64,000 nucleotides of DNA from Candidatus Moraniibacteriota bacterium (GCA_963743885.1 CAVURJ010000002.1:177706-241705); one strand, 5' to 3'; positions 8,476 to 17,850 are shown, counted from the first letter of the stretch. Notes: generated from the sequence alone by a model not told the origin. Made by a program: numbers and translations.

Positions 8476-9331
8476 GCAGGGTATGAAGACGGTATTTTCG
8501 ATCCTGTCCGCCATTGCTGTGACGGTGCCGTTGTCGGCGTCCGCAGTGATGATGAGTCCGGAAGAGCGTGCTGCTCAGCGTACGGAGCGCATGGAGGATC
8601 GTCAGGAAAAGCGTGCCGAGATAGTTGCTGACCGTGAGGCGCGCAAGGAAGAGCGGCAGGATGATCGCCAGGCGGCATTCTGTGAACGTTTCGCTGGGAA
8701 CGCGGAGAAACTCGCCGACACTATCGCCGAGCGTGAGTCCAAGATCCGCGAGCGCAAGGAGAACCGTGTGAACCGCATGGAGGAGAATCGTGATGGTCGC
8801 GATGAGAACCTCGGCGAGAACCGCTCGGAGGCTGATCAGCGCCGAAGCGAGATGTACCAGAAGCTCGAAGGGCGTGCTAAGACTGATGCCGAGAAGGCCG
8901 CAGTAGCAGAGTTCAAGAAGACAGTCGAGTCGGCCGTCGAGACCCGCCGTGATGCGGTGGACGTGGCGATTGCTGCGTTCCGTACTGGTGTCGATAGTGC
9001 CGTGTCTGGACGTAAGGGATCGGTAGAGTCAGCTGTGGCTGACTTCAAGGCGGCTGTCGAGGCGGCTGTAGCCAAGGCCAAGTCCAGCTGCGAGGCTGGC
9101 ACTGACCCGGCGACGGTCCGTTCGACGTTCAAGACGAGTATTGAAGCGGCGAGGAAGGCACTCCAGTCCGATCGTCAGGATGCTGAGAAGGTCGGAGAAC
9201 AGGTGAGGGTGCTCGCTGAGACCCGTCGCACAGCGGTGAAGAAGGCAGTTGATGACTTCAAAGCGTCTGTCGAAGCGGCTCGCGCTGAGCTCAAGAAAGC
9301 CTTCGGTGAGGACGTGGCATCCGCGGACTAG
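8447..9331 (+). CDS. secreted Ala/Glu/Arg-rich alpha-helical repeat (coiled-coil) protein
   Basis: Signal peptide (MKTVFSILSAIAVTVPLSASA), then repeated AVxxAVxxFK helical heptads. Overlaps the previous gene in a different frame. Confidence 0.55.
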   Translation: MNPMMTTASKQGMKTVFSILSAIAVTVPLSASAVMMSPEERAAQRTERMEDRQEKRAEIVADREARKEERQDDRQAAFCERFAGNAEKLADTIAERESKIRERKENRVNRMEENRDGRDENLGENRSEADQRRSEMYQKLEGRAKTDAEKAAVAEFKKTVESAVETRRDAVDVAIAAFRTGVDSAVSGRKGSVESAVADFKAAVEAAVAKAKSSCEAGTDPATVRSTFKTSIEAARKALQSDRQDAEKVGEQVRVLAETRRTAVKKAVDDFKASVEAARAELKKAFGEDVASAD

Positions 9332-9417
9332 AGAGGTCTCATGCATCGTGCTATCATATCCAGGGAGGCGGCTCGCCTCCTTGGATATTTCTTTTTCGTT
9401 GAACTGCATTTTTTCCT

Positions 9418-10119
9418 ATGACCGACGAGATTAGGAAGAGATTTACCATCGTTGCTGATGATTATGGGATTCGCCAGACGGCGGAGCCTATCTTGCGTTT
9501 GGTGCGCGAGGGCAAGATCGATCGGGTCGCGGTGCTCATCCACTATGTCTCCGCCGAGCAGGCAGCAGCGCTCCTTGCGACCGGTGTGAAGATCGATCTC
9601 CATCTCGAGCTCATGGACATGATCCAAAGTGGCAAGAAGGTGCGGGAGAGTGCACTCTGGCGCATCATAAAATTTTCTCTCCGGCTCCTGGTTGGCCGGG
9701 TGACGGTCCGTAAGGCCGAGGAAGAATGGCGCTCGCAGATCGAGCGTTTCCGCGAGCGTTTCGGACGGTTGCCGGATGGGATCAATTCGCACGAGCATGT
9801 TCATTTCTTTCCGCCGTTCACCAAGCTCTTTTTCCGGATTGCGGGGGAATACGGCATCGGGCATGTCCGTTTCAGCACGGACGGCCTGATGCTTGATCGG
9901 CATGTTGCGCTCGTCGGCAAGGTGCTTTCCCTTTTGCGCAATCGTTCCCTTTCGCGCTTGGCTTCATCCGGAGTTATCACTTCCCGCTATCTCGTGAACC
10001 TCGACTGGCTGCCGGACTTTCCGGCCTTTGTCGCCAATCTCGGCGATGAGGACAATATCGAGCTGGTCGTCCATCCCGAGCGCGAGGAGGAATACCGCAC
10101 ACTGCTTGACTACTTCTAA
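9418..10119 (+). CDS. ChbG/HpnK (YdjC-like) carbohydrate deacetylase family protein
   Basis: FTIVADDYGI, NSHEHVH and the size match the YdjC family (NADDFG...DSHHHVH pattern). Confidence 0.75.
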   Translation: MTDEIRKRFTIVADDYGIRQTAEPILRLVREGKIDRVAVLIHYVSAEQAAALLATGVKIDLHLELMDMIQSGKKVRESALWRIIKFSLRLLVGRVTVRKAEEEWRSQIERFRERFGRLPDGINSHEHVHFFPPFTKLFFRIAGEYGIGHVRFSTDGLMLDRHVALVGKVLSLLRNRSLSRLASSGVITSRYLVNLDWLPDFPAFVANLGDEDNIELVVHPEREEEYRTLLDYF

Positions 10120-10335
10120 CGTAACTCTCTCAAATCTCACCGCTAGTTATAGAAGAAACGCGAGGAGTGCTTGTCCGTAAAAATCACTCCCGTTCCGGCT
10201 GCAAAACCCGAAAAGCTTGTCGGGTTATTGCTAATAGCCCTGCCTACCGGCAGGCAGGCCTTCGCACTTTTCGACTTTTTCGCTCGAAACGTGAGCGATT
10301 TTTCCTGGACATGAGATTTGAGAGAGTTACTTGGC
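10120..10335. repeat. F1 TIR foldback element, copy 3 (inverted orientation, with a 20-bp internal insertion)
   Basis: TIRs gtaactctctcaaatctca ... tgagatttgagagagttac. The internal core is the reverse complement of the copy-2 core. It starts at the stop codon of 9418..10119 and is followed by gggtatact upstream of uvrA. Confidence 0.72.
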
Positions 10336-10361
10336 CGGACTCTTGATAGTTTAGCCAAAAC

Positions 10362-10370
10362 AGGGTATAC
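10362..10370 (+). promoter_or_regulatory. -10 element gggtatact upstream of uvrA (10454)
   Basis: The same motif recurs at 2013-2024, 8102-8110, 14157-14165, 22027-22035, 24379-24387, 27989-27997, 39140-39148, 51180-51188 and 56104-56112, each 30-90 nt upstream of a + gene. Confidence 0.55.
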
Positions 10371-10386
10371 TACCTGTTCTTCTTTA

Positions 10387-10437
10387 CCCTGTGAAATTCC
10401 GCCGGTAGGCGGACCAGCGAAGCTGGATTTCACAGGG
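10387..10437 (+). ncRNA. REP-like structured hairpin element, copy A (in the uvrA 5-prime leader)
   Basis: cctgtgaaat[tccgccggtaggcgga][ccagcgaagctgg]atttcacagg: a 10-bp outer stem enclosing two small hairpins. Homologous copies lie at 24341 and 30153. Confidence 0.55.
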
Positions 10438-10453
10438 TTAATGACCAGATACT

Positions 10454-13009
10454 ATGAAAGAATCCAAGAAACACAAGGAACCATCTGCGATGATCTCTGT
10501 TCGTGGCGCCCGGACGCACAATCTCAAGAATATTTCCGTCGACATGCCGCGCAATGCCATGGTGGTCTTCACTGGGCTTTCTGGCTCGGGCAAGTCGTCG
10601 CTCGCGTTTGATACCATCTTCGCCGAGGGACAGCGCCGCTATGTCGAGTCGCTCTCCGCATATGCGCGCCAGTTCTTGAATACGATGCAGAAGCCGGATG
10701 TCGATGAGATCCTCGGCCTGTCGCCGGCCATCTCGATCGACCAGAAATCAGCAAGCCGGAATCCTCGTTCGACCGTCGCCACCATCACGGAGATCTATGA
10801 TTATCTCCGCGTGCTGTTTGCACGTCTCGGACGGCCGCACTGTCTCGAATGCGGACGCGAGATCCAGAAGCTGTCCGTCGAGGAGATGATCGAGATCGTC
10901 TCTGATAAGGTGAAGGCGACCAAGAAGAAGGAAGGCGCTCTCATCATCGCGGCACCGGTCGTGCGTGGCCGCAAGGGCGAGTATTATCAGCTGCTCTACA
11001 ATGCGCTCGGCAAGGGCTTCAGCGAGATCTTCCTCGATGGGGAGCGCAAGAGTTTGCGCGAGCGCGTCATCCTTTCTAAGAATAAGAAGCACGATATCGA
11101 TCTCATCGTCGACGAGATACCGCTTCAGGAGTTCGGGAAGTTTCCCGAGACGTCCGCTGAGCGGCTCTCGGAAGCGGTGGAGCGTTCGCTTGAGGAGAGC
11201 GAGGGTTTGGTGAATATCCGCATCGCTGGGGAGACGCTTGTACTTTCGTCCAAGTTCTCTTGCCCGTATGACGGCTTCTCCTATCCAGAGGTAGAGCCGC
11301 GGCTCTTCTCCTTCAATTCACCGTACGGTGCTTGCGAGGCGTGCAATGGTCTCGGCACCAAGCATTTCTTCGGCGATGAGCCATGTGACGTCTGCCATGG
11401 GTCGCGTCTGCGTCCGGAGGCACTCCACGTGAAGATTGGTGGGAAGAATATCGTCGAGCTGACAGCTATGACCACTGTCGAGGCCAAGGCGTTCTTTGAT
11501 GGTCTTGAGCTCTCTGAGCGCGAGCGGCAGATCGCATCCGTAGTGCTGCGCGAGGTGGGCGGCCGTCTGCAGTTCCTGCTCGATGTCGGCCTCGACTATC
11601 TCTCTCTCGGCCGCCGCGCCAATACACTCTCGGGCGGCGAAGCGCAGCGCATCCGTCTGGCATCCCAGCTTGGGTCCAAGTTGGTCGGTGCGCTCTATGT
11701 GCTCGACGAGCCGACGATCGGCCTCCACAGCCGTGACAATGACCGGCTCATCGCGACACTTCAGGCACTCCGCGATCTCGGCAATACTATCATCGTCGTC
11801 GAGCATGACGAGGATACGATCTTTGCGTCCGACTACATCGTCGATATCGGCCCTGGCGCCGGCGTGCACGGCGGCGAGGTCGTGGCCTCCGGCTATCTCG
11901 ATGATCTCCTGACAGCCAAGAAAAATACATCCGGATCACTCACGCTCGCGTACCTGCGCGGCGAAGAGCGGATCGCTATCCCGGAGAAGCGCCGTGGCAA
12001 GGAGAAAGGCGCGCTCAAGGTCCGCGGTGGCAATCTCTACAATATCAAGGGCATGGATCTCGATATCCCGCTCGGCCGCTTCGTCGCGATCACGGGCGTA
12101 TCCGGTTCGGGCAAGTCGACGCTCATGTATGAAATCGTCCACAAGAATCTCCAGGTTCGCCTCGATCGTCGCTATCGTGACAACAAGACGTTCAATTGCC
12201 AAGCATTCTCTGGATCGGAATATCTTTCCCGTGCCGTGCTCATCGATCAGAGCCCGATCGGTCGTACGCCGCGGTCCAACCCGGCGACGTATACCGGCGC
12301 GTGGACACATGTCCGCGATATGTTCGCTGCGACCGAGGAGGCCCGTGTGCGCGGCTGGAAGGCCGGCCGCTTCTCGTTCAACCGTCCCGGCGGACGCTGC
12401 GAGACGTGCGAGGGCAACGGTTTCATCGCGGTGGAGATGCACTTCTTGCCGACAGTCTATGTGGAGTGCGATGTCTGCAATGGCAAGCGCTTCACCAAAG
12501 AGACACTCGAAGTGAAGTACAAGCACAAGAGTGTCTATGACGTGCTTGAGATGACGATTGAGGAAGCGTACGCGTTCTTCTTCGATATTCCAGCGATCGC
12601 TGACCGGCTCAAGACCTTGAATGAAGTGGGCCTCGGCTACCTCAAGCTCGGCCAGAGCGCGACCACACTTTCGGGTGGCGAGGCGCAGCGCGTGAAGATC
12701 TCAAGCGAACTCTATCGCCAGCATGTCGAGCGCACTATCTACCTCCTCGACGAACCGACCATCGGGCTCCACTACGAGGATGTGAAGAAGCTTATAGAGA
12801 TCCTCGATCGCCTCGTGCAGAAGGGGAATACCGTCCTTGTCATCGAGCACAATATGGATCTCATCAAGTCTGCTGACTACGTGATCGATATCGGTCCCGA
12901 AGGCGGCGTCGGCGGCGGTCAGGTCGTCGCCTACGGCACGCCGGAAGAAGTCTCGCTCAAGAAGGCTTCGCATACGGGGATGTATCTCCGCAGAGTGCTC
13001 AAGCGCTAG
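10454..13009 (+). CDS. uvrA: excinuclease ABC subunit A paralog lacking the insertion domain (UvrA, 851 aa)
   Basis: Two ABC modules ([10 protein letters not shown] / [18 protein letters not shown] x2) and zinc-finger Cys pairs are present. Compared with the second uvrA in the window, about 100 aa are missing between [16 protein letters not shown] and CDVCHGSRL (the insertion domain). The UvrB-binding-domain-like segment is retained. Confidence 0.93.
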   Translation: MKESKKHKEPSAMISVRGARTHNLKNISVDMPRNAMVVFTGLSGSGKSSLAFDTIFAEGQRRYVESLSAYARQFLNTMQKPDVDEILGLSPAISIDQKSASRNPRSTVATITEIYDYLRVLFARLGRPHCLECGREIQKLSVEEMIEIVSDKVKATKKKEGALIIAAPVVRGRKGEYYQLLYNALGKGFSEIFLDGERKSLRERVILSKNKKHDIDLIVDEIPLQEFGKFPETSAERLSEAVERSLEESEGLVNIRIAGETLVLSSKFSCPYDGFSYPEVEPRLFSFNSPYGACEACNGLGTKHFFGDEPCDVCHGSRLRPEALHVKIGGKNIVELTAMTTVEAKAFFDGLELSERERQIASVVLREVGGRLQFLLDVGLDYLSLGRRANTLSGGEAQRIRLASQLGSKLVGALYVLDEPTIGLHSRDNDRLIATLQALRDLGNTIIVVEHDEDTIFASDYIVDIGPGAGVHGGEVVASGYLDDLLTAKKNTSGSLTLAYLRGEERIAIPEKRRGKEKGALKVRGGNLYNIKGMDLDIPLGRFVAITGVSGSGKSTLMYEIVHKNLQVRLDRRYRDNKTFNCQAFSGSEYLSRAVLIDQSPIGRTPRSNPATYTGAWTHVRDMFAATEEARVRGWKAGRFSFNRPGGRCETCEGNGFIAVEMHFLPTVYVECDVCNGKRFTKETLEVKYKHKSVYDVLEMTIEEAYAFFFDIPAIADRLKTLNEVGLGYLKLGQSATTLSGGEAQRVKISSELYRQHVERTIYLLDEPTIGLHYEDVKKLIEILDRLVQKGNTVLVIEHNMDLIKSADYVIDIGPEGGVGGGQVVAYGTPEEVSLKKASHTGMYLRRVLKR

Positions 13010-13013
13010 CGCG

Positions 13014-13048
13014 AGGTATCATGTATCTTGTATCAAGTAGTATGTATG
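13014..13048. promoter_or_regulatory. phased heptamer array (5 x nGTATnn), directly after the uvrA stop
   Basis: ggtatca tgtatct tgtatca agtagta tgtatgg: GTAT recurs every 7 bp. Confidence 0.6.
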
Positions 13049-13076
13049 GGGCTCACGAAACCCCTTTTTGCTTTTT
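13047..13076 (+). terminator. rho-independent terminator after uvrA
   Basis: ggggctcacgaaacccc, then tttttgcttttt. Confidence 0.65.
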
Positions 13077-13132
13077 GAATCAATTTTAAAAAAGTCTTAC
13101 GATTTACGCAATCGCGAAAATTGTCAGACTTT

Positions 13133-13167
13133 TTCATACGAGATACAAAATACTAAATACCAAATAC
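13133..13167. promoter_or_regulatory. phased heptamer array (5 x nnnATAC), inverted partner of 13014
   Basis: ttcatac gagatac aaaatac taaatac caaatac. Confidence 0.6.
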
Positions 13168-13298
13168 GGTTCGGAAGGGGCTTTACAGTGTAGAGGAATC
13201 ATGCCACAATGGGCCGTTGCGAGTCAGTCAACATACAGGCTCAAAACCGCCATCTTCCCGGGCGTCGCGCGGGAATGTACTTTGAGAAGGAGTGAATC

Positions 13299-14030
13299 AT
13301 GGCGACTGACAAGGTCGACATCGCGGAGACGAATGCTATTTCGGCTTCGCAAATGAGTGAGTTCTTCCGGCTGGCAGCCAAACACGGCAGCCATGTCAAT
13401 CGGGAAACATTTCAGATGTTTCTCGAGTGGAAGCCGCTGTTTCTTGAACCGGGTACGAACGAGTTTCTCCGTTTGGCGCGCACCATCGATGAAATACGCA
13501 TCAAGATGGGCGTGAGCGATAAACAGTTCCGTACTCTCTGGACTCCCGAAGGTCGTCCGTATCTCGAGCGTATGATCGCCGGCCTAGTTGATACGATCAT
13601 TCGTGTCGACCGTTCCATTAGACCGGTTTACCCTAATTGGGCGAAGACGATAATGCATCCGGAGCTAGAAGCGACTGGCCCGGCCGAATATGACCTTTTC
13701 GAAGTGGAGCCTTGGCTTCATGAAGGCCAGAAGAACGGTCAACACATAGCGGGCTATCAGATTTATAAGTATTTGAAGGAACAGAAGATGCTCAAGAGCT
13801 GTCTGTCCCTCCGTGACGGCGAAGAAATCCGAAAAAAAGGCCCAACCGTTTTTCAGAAGGTCTTCGGAGATAGAGAGATCCTTCTGTGGAAGTCAGTTGT
13901 ACAGCATCGCGACAACCGCATCGCTGTCCCATACATTCGCAAGGATCGCGGTGAGATGGGAGGAGACTGGCTCGGTCTCAGTGAAATCGCGTTTGGTAAA
14001 GGATCTGTGACCCCGCGTTTCACAAGGTAA
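13299..14030 (+). CDS. hypothetical protein
   Basis: 243-aa ORF with SD aaggag upstream, coding-like codon usage and no recognised domain. Flanked upstream by phased heptamer arrays. Confidence 0.5.
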   Translation: MATDKVDIAETNAISASQMSEFFRLAAKHGSHVNRETFQMFLEWKPLFLEPGTNEFLRLARTIDEIRIKMGVSDKQFRTLWTPEGRPYLERMIAGLVDTIIRVDRSIRPVYPNWAKTIMHPELEATGPAEYDLFEVEPWLHEGQKNGQHIAGYQIYKYLKEQKMLKSCLSLRDGEEIRKKGPTVFQKVFGDREILLWKSVVQHRDNRIAVPYIRKDRGEMGGDWLGLSEIAFGKGSVTPRFTR

Positions 14031-14061
14031 CACCCCAATCTCGTACTTTAGACCTCACTGG

Positions 14062-14100
14062 CCCCTGGAAACAGTAACATCGTTTCCCGGGGTCTTTTTT
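14062..14100 (+). terminator. rho-independent terminator after 13299..14030
   Basis: cccctggaaac ... gtttcccgggg 10-bp stem, then tcttttttat. Confidence 0.6.
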
Positions 14101-14132
14101 ATACATAATACGTAATACTGAATACAAGATAC
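14098..14132. promoter_or_regulatory. phased heptamer array (5 x nnAATAC)
   Basis: tttatac ataatac gtaatac tgaatac aagatac, between two terminator hairpins. Confidence 0.6.
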
Positions 14133-14135
14133 AAA

Positions 14136-14156
14136 GCGGCCTCTAGGCCGCTTTTG
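14136..14156 (+). terminator. second short terminator hairpin (gcggcctctaggccgc plus tttt)
   Basis: Perfect 6-bp GC stem with a 4-nt loop and a T-run. Confidence 0.5.
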
Positions 14157-14158
14157 GT

Positions 14159-14207
14159 GGTATACTATATACATAGTTCTTCATACGTTATACATAATAC
14201 ATAATAC
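14159..14207. promoter_or_regulatory. phased heptamer array (7 units ATAC, one degenerate) overlapping the -10 tggtatact of gene 14222
   Basis: ATAC ends at 14165, 14172, (14179 degenerate), 14186, 14193, 14200, 14207: exact 7-bp phasing. Confidence 0.6.
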
Positions 14208-14221
14208 GTAATATAACTCTT

Positions 14222-15370
14222 ATGGCTACTATTGCAGAGTACGTCTCGGAGCGCGCCAAGGCAGGCGTTCCCAAGGCAGAGATCAAGGAGGAATTGCTCT
14301 CGGTCGGCTGGACCGAAGAAGAAGCAGATGCGGCCTATCGTGATGGTGTGATCGCGCTTGGTGTCCCGGTTCCGAGCGAAGGCGACCGCCCAGCGATCGG
14401 TAAGAAGGCATCAGTCGCGGACGTTGTGCTCAATTTCTTTTCGTTCATCCTGCTCGGCATCGTCGCGACGGCGCTCGGCACGCTCTACTTCGGCATCATC
14501 AATGAAACCTTCCCGGATGCGCTTGAAGCCTATTACAGCAGCGCGGCGACCAAGAGCTCGATCCACTATGCGATCGCGGCGCTTCTCATCGGTTTCCCAC
14601 TCTACTACGCGGCGATGCGGATGTGGTTCCGCGCGTTCCGTGACAATGAGAGCCGTTCCGAGTCCAAACTCTCCAAGTGGCTGACATACCTCGTGCTCCT
14701 CGCGGCATCGGTCACAGTCGTCGGCGACCTGATCACGGTCGTCTTCACGCTCCTCGAGGGTGAGATCACGATGCGGTTTTTCTTGAAGGCCCTCACGATC
14801 CTCGTCATCGCCGGTGCTATCTTCGGCTTCTACTTCCTCGAGCGCCGGATGGTGCAGTATCGGAAGGATGTCCCGCGCTCCGTCTTTCAGCGCTTCGGCC
14901 TCTTGGTCGCCGCGCTCGTCATCCTTGGCATCGTGCTCGGCTTTTTCGCAGGCGGATCGCCGGAGACAGCCCGCAAGCGCACCCTCGATACCAAGCGCAC
15001 GAATGACCTCTCATCGCTCTCGTCTTGCATCCAGAGCTACGCGAGCGATCTCGGAGCGCTGCCAGCATCGCTCTCGGACCTCAAGCAGTCGAGTATGTAC
15101 GCCTACTGTGCACAGTACATGCGCGACCCCGAGACGCTCAATGAGTATGAGTACCGTATTGTGACCGCCTCGCGCGTCCAGGGCGCGGCCCGGGTTGGGG
15201 AGTTCGAGCTCTGCGCGGACTTCGCGCTCGCAGCATCGGATACCGATGGCACCGATGCGATGTACCGGAATGGAGGCGCGCTCTGGGATGAGCACGCTGC
15301 CGGCCGTGAATGCGATACGGCGACCGCTCAGCTCGGCACGCTCACCGTACCGTCACCACTCATCAAGTAG
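14222..15370 (+). CDS. multi-TM membrane protein (DUF5671-like)
   Basis: Soluble N-terminal domain, then about 4 TM helices, then a Cys-containing C-terminal domain. This architecture is common among CPR hypothetical membrane proteins. Confidence 0.5.
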   Translation: MATIAEYVSERAKAGVPKAEIKEELLSVGWTEEEADAAYRDGVIALGVPVPSEGDRPAIGKKASVADVVLNFFSFILLGIVATALGTLYFGIINETFPDALEAYYSSAATKSSIHYAIAALLIGFPLYYAAMRMWFRAFRDNESRSESKLSKWLTYLVLLAASVTVVGDLITVVFTLLEGEITMRFFLKALTILVIAGAIFGFYFLERRMVQYRKDVPRSVFQRFGLLVAALVILGIVLGFFAGGSPETARKRTLDTKRTNDLSSLSSCIQSYASDLGALPASLSDLKQSSMYAYCAQYMRDPETLNEYEYRIVTASRVQGAARVGEFELCADFALAASDTDGTDAMYRNGGALWDEHAAGRECDTATAQLGTLTVPSPLIK

Positions 15371-15442
15371 TGGTCGCCACGATCAGAAGAATAGGGTAGA
15401 ATGGATGGCGTAAGCTATCCATTCTTGCTTTACGAAAAAAAT

Positions 15443-16816
15443 ATGAAAAAGAAAAAGATCGTCGCTATCGGCTGCGGGGGAGCCGGCATGTTCAGCCTCG
15501 TCGTCGCCTCCGAACTTCGGAAGGGTCGTTTCGAGACGGTCGTGCTTTCTGATGAGCCGGACATCTACTGCCGCTGCACTTCCTCATATATCCTCTCGGG
15601 CGAAGCCGAGCTCGACGATGCCATCCAGCCGGAGAGCATGGTATGTGACTATGGTCTCCAGATCGTCCATGACAAGGCGGTCCGCATCGACACGGCGCAG
15701 CAGCGTGTCGAGACCGCGTCCGGCGCCAGCTACCCATATGATTCCCTCGTCATCGCGACCGGCGCCAGCCCATGGAAGCCGCCAATCCGAGGTATCGATG
15801 GTGCGAAGATTTTCACGGTCCGTACGAGCGACGATATCCGACATATCGAGGAGGTGGCCAAGGATACCAAGACAGCTGTCGTGATTGGTGCTGGCGTCAT
15901 TGGCATCGAGGTTTCGGGTGCGCTCAAGACTCGCGGCGCCGAGGTGCATCTCGTCGAGAGCACGGGTTCTGTCGCGTCGAGCATCGCGGAGAAGGAGTTC
16001 GCTGATCGGATCGTTTCACATCTCCGTGACAGCGGACTCAAGCTTTCCTTCGATACCCGGGTCGAAGAGATTCGGGATGGCGCGGACGGCAGGAAGGAAG
16101 TCATCGTCGTGAAGAAGAACGGGACGCCGCGCGCTATCGAGGCGGATATCGTCATCGTCGCGGCTGGAGTCCGGCCCAATCTCGACATCATCAAAGATAC
16201 CGGCATCGAGGCGGACGAGCAGGGTATCCTGGCCGATCGTCGGATGCGGACCAGCATCGCGGATATCTATGCTTGCGGCGATTGCTGTCATCCATTTTCC
16301 GCGGTTACTGATGAGCGGGCCACGAGCGCGCTCGCGAGCCTGGCCATCCAGCAGTCCAAGATCGTCGGCTTCCAGATCGCTGGGTTCCCGATCAAGTATG
16401 CCGGATCGACTGGTGCGGCGTGCTTCAAAATTTTCGGCAAGGAATACGCGAGCGCCGGACTGACGGAAGAAGCGGCGCGCAGGCGGTCCCGATGGGTCGT
16501 CGTGGGCCGCGCCGAGACGACAGATGTCTACAAGGACCTCAAGGCGGCGCAGCCACTCTTGGTCAAGCTCATCTTTGCTGGTCCCTTCATGCGGCTCGTC
16601 GGTTATGAAGGCTGGGGCAATGGTGTCATGCCGTCGGCGTCGGTGGCGAGCTTCGCGATTGGTCAAAAGACGAACATCATCAAGATGCTCCGTTACAATT
16701 ACTTCGCCCATCCGAGCCTGACTCCGTGGCCCTTCATGGACCCAATCATCATGGCGACCGAGGATGCGATGAACGCCATCATGAAAAACGTGAAAGCATC
16801 TTTGCATATCAAGTAG
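15443..16816 (+). CDS. FAD-dependent pyridine nucleotide-disulfide oxidoreductase (NADH oxidase/CoA-disulfide reductase family)
   Basis: FAD motif IVAIGCGGAG, NAD motif VVIGAGVIGIE, the YACGDC motif and a C-terminal dimerisation-like region. Start taken at MKKKKIV. Confidence 0.82.
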   Translation: MKKKKIVAIGCGGAGMFSLVVASELRKGRFETVVLSDEPDIYCRCTSSYILSGEAELDDAIQPESMVCDYGLQIVHDKAVRIDTAQQRVETASGASYPYDSLVIATGASPWKPPIRGIDGAKIFTVRTSDDIRHIEEVAKDTKTAVVIGAGVIGIEVSGALKTRGAEVHLVESTGSVASSIAEKEFADRIVSHLRDSGLKLSFDTRVEEIRDGADGRKEVIVVKKNGTPRAIEADIVIVAAGVRPNLDIIKDTGIEADEQGILADRRMRTSIADIYACGDCCHPFSAVTDERATSALASLAIQQSKIVGFQIAGFPIKYAGSTGAACFKIFGKEYASAGLTEEAARRRSRWVVVGRAETTDVYKDLKAAQPLLVKLIFAGPFMRLVGYEGWGNGVMPSASVASFAIGQKTNIIKMLRYNYFAHPSLTPWPFMDPIIMATEDAMNAIMKNVKASLHIK

Positions 16817-16834
16817 TTAGGTACGGATAGATCC

Positions 16835-17022
16835 CTCTTTTGTTCTAGTTTTTTCATTCCGTGGCCGCTCTCGAACGGCTCCGACTCGCTCTGTCGAACG
16901 GGGAGCTGTTCGTTCTGAGAGCCGAAACGGCTCCGAACGCCACGCTCGACCGTTACCGACTCGCTTCATCGCATCCGTGACCGATAGCTGACCAAGGGAA
17001 GAAAAAACCAGAACAAAAGAGA
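16835..17022. repeat. F2 foldback element (about 188 bp, 20-bp TIRs)
   Basis: ctcttttgttctagtttttt ... aaaaaaccagaacaaaagag inverted ends, with the arms extending about 40 bp. Internal direct repeats cgaacggctccga. Shares the cgttctgagagccgaaa core with 61293-61325. Confidence 0.6.
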
Positions 17023-17130
17023 AGAGGCGTACGTATAGTACCTGTTCATTGCAGGTTTTTTTTGTATGCGCCCGGGCGGTTCCGGCGGTCGTATATGAGA
17101 GTGTAAGCCGTAATTGATTAAGCTAAACAT

Positions 17131-17850
17131 ATGGATAAGAAGATGCTTTTCATTATTGTTGGTGCGACTGCTATCATTGGTGGCCTCGCAGGCTATGGCG
17201 TGAGTCGAGCTGAGCGTTTTGATGGCGCACAGCGTCTCGCTGGCCGCGTGTCGGACATGCGCCAGGACATGCGGGAATTCCGCACTGATGCACGTGATGA
17301 TCGTAAGGATGCGAGCCGCACCGGGAGTGGTATGGGCAATGGTTCCGGCATGGGCATGATGGATGGTTCCGGCCGTGGCATGGGTCTCAATCGTCAGAAC
17401 TGCGTGGCTGATGGCTGTCTCGCGGTCGACGGGTTGGACTATCCGGCCGGTACGCTTTCCGATGCCGCCAAACAAGCACTCGAAGCGGCTCTCGCTGATG
17501 AGTACCACGCGTACGCCTTCTACGATGCTGTCATCGCCAAGTATGGCGACAAGCGCCCGTTCATCATGATCCGCCGTTCTGAAGAGCAGCATATCTCGAC
17601 GCTCAAGGCGCTCTTTGAGAAGTATGGCATTGCCATCCCGGAGAATCAGTTGCTCGGCCAGGTCGCGGCTTCGGATACTTTCCAGGCAGCCTGCCAGGTC
17701 GGCGTGGATGCGGAGATCGCCAATGCTTCGCTTTACCACGATAAGCTGCTGCCGGCAGCCAAAGACTATGCCGACATCACGGCGGTCTTTACCAATCTCA
17801 TGAATGCCTCACAGGAGCGTCACCTGCCAGCATTTGATCGCTGCAATTGA
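17131..17850 (+). CDS. DUF2202 (ferritin-like) domain protein, N-terminal TM anchor
   Basis: LADEYHAYAFYDAVIAKYGDKRPFIMIRRSEEQHISTLKALFEKYGI matches the DUF2202 ferritin-like signature. A Gly/Met-rich linker (GSGMGNGSGMGMMDGSGRGMG) is present. The antisense ORF 16966..17739 is rejected. Confidence 0.68.
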   Translation: MDKKMLFIIVGATAIIGGLAGYGVSRAERFDGAQRLAGRVSDMRQDMREFRTDARDDRKDASRTGSGMGNGSGMGMMDGSGRGMGLNRQNCVADGCLAVDGLDYPAGTLSDAAKQALEAALADEYHAYAFYDAVIAKYGDKRPFIMIRRSEEQHISTLKALFEKYGIAIPENQLLGQVAASDTFQAACQVGVDAEIANASLYHDKLLPAAKDYADITAVFTNLMNASQERHLPAFDRCN

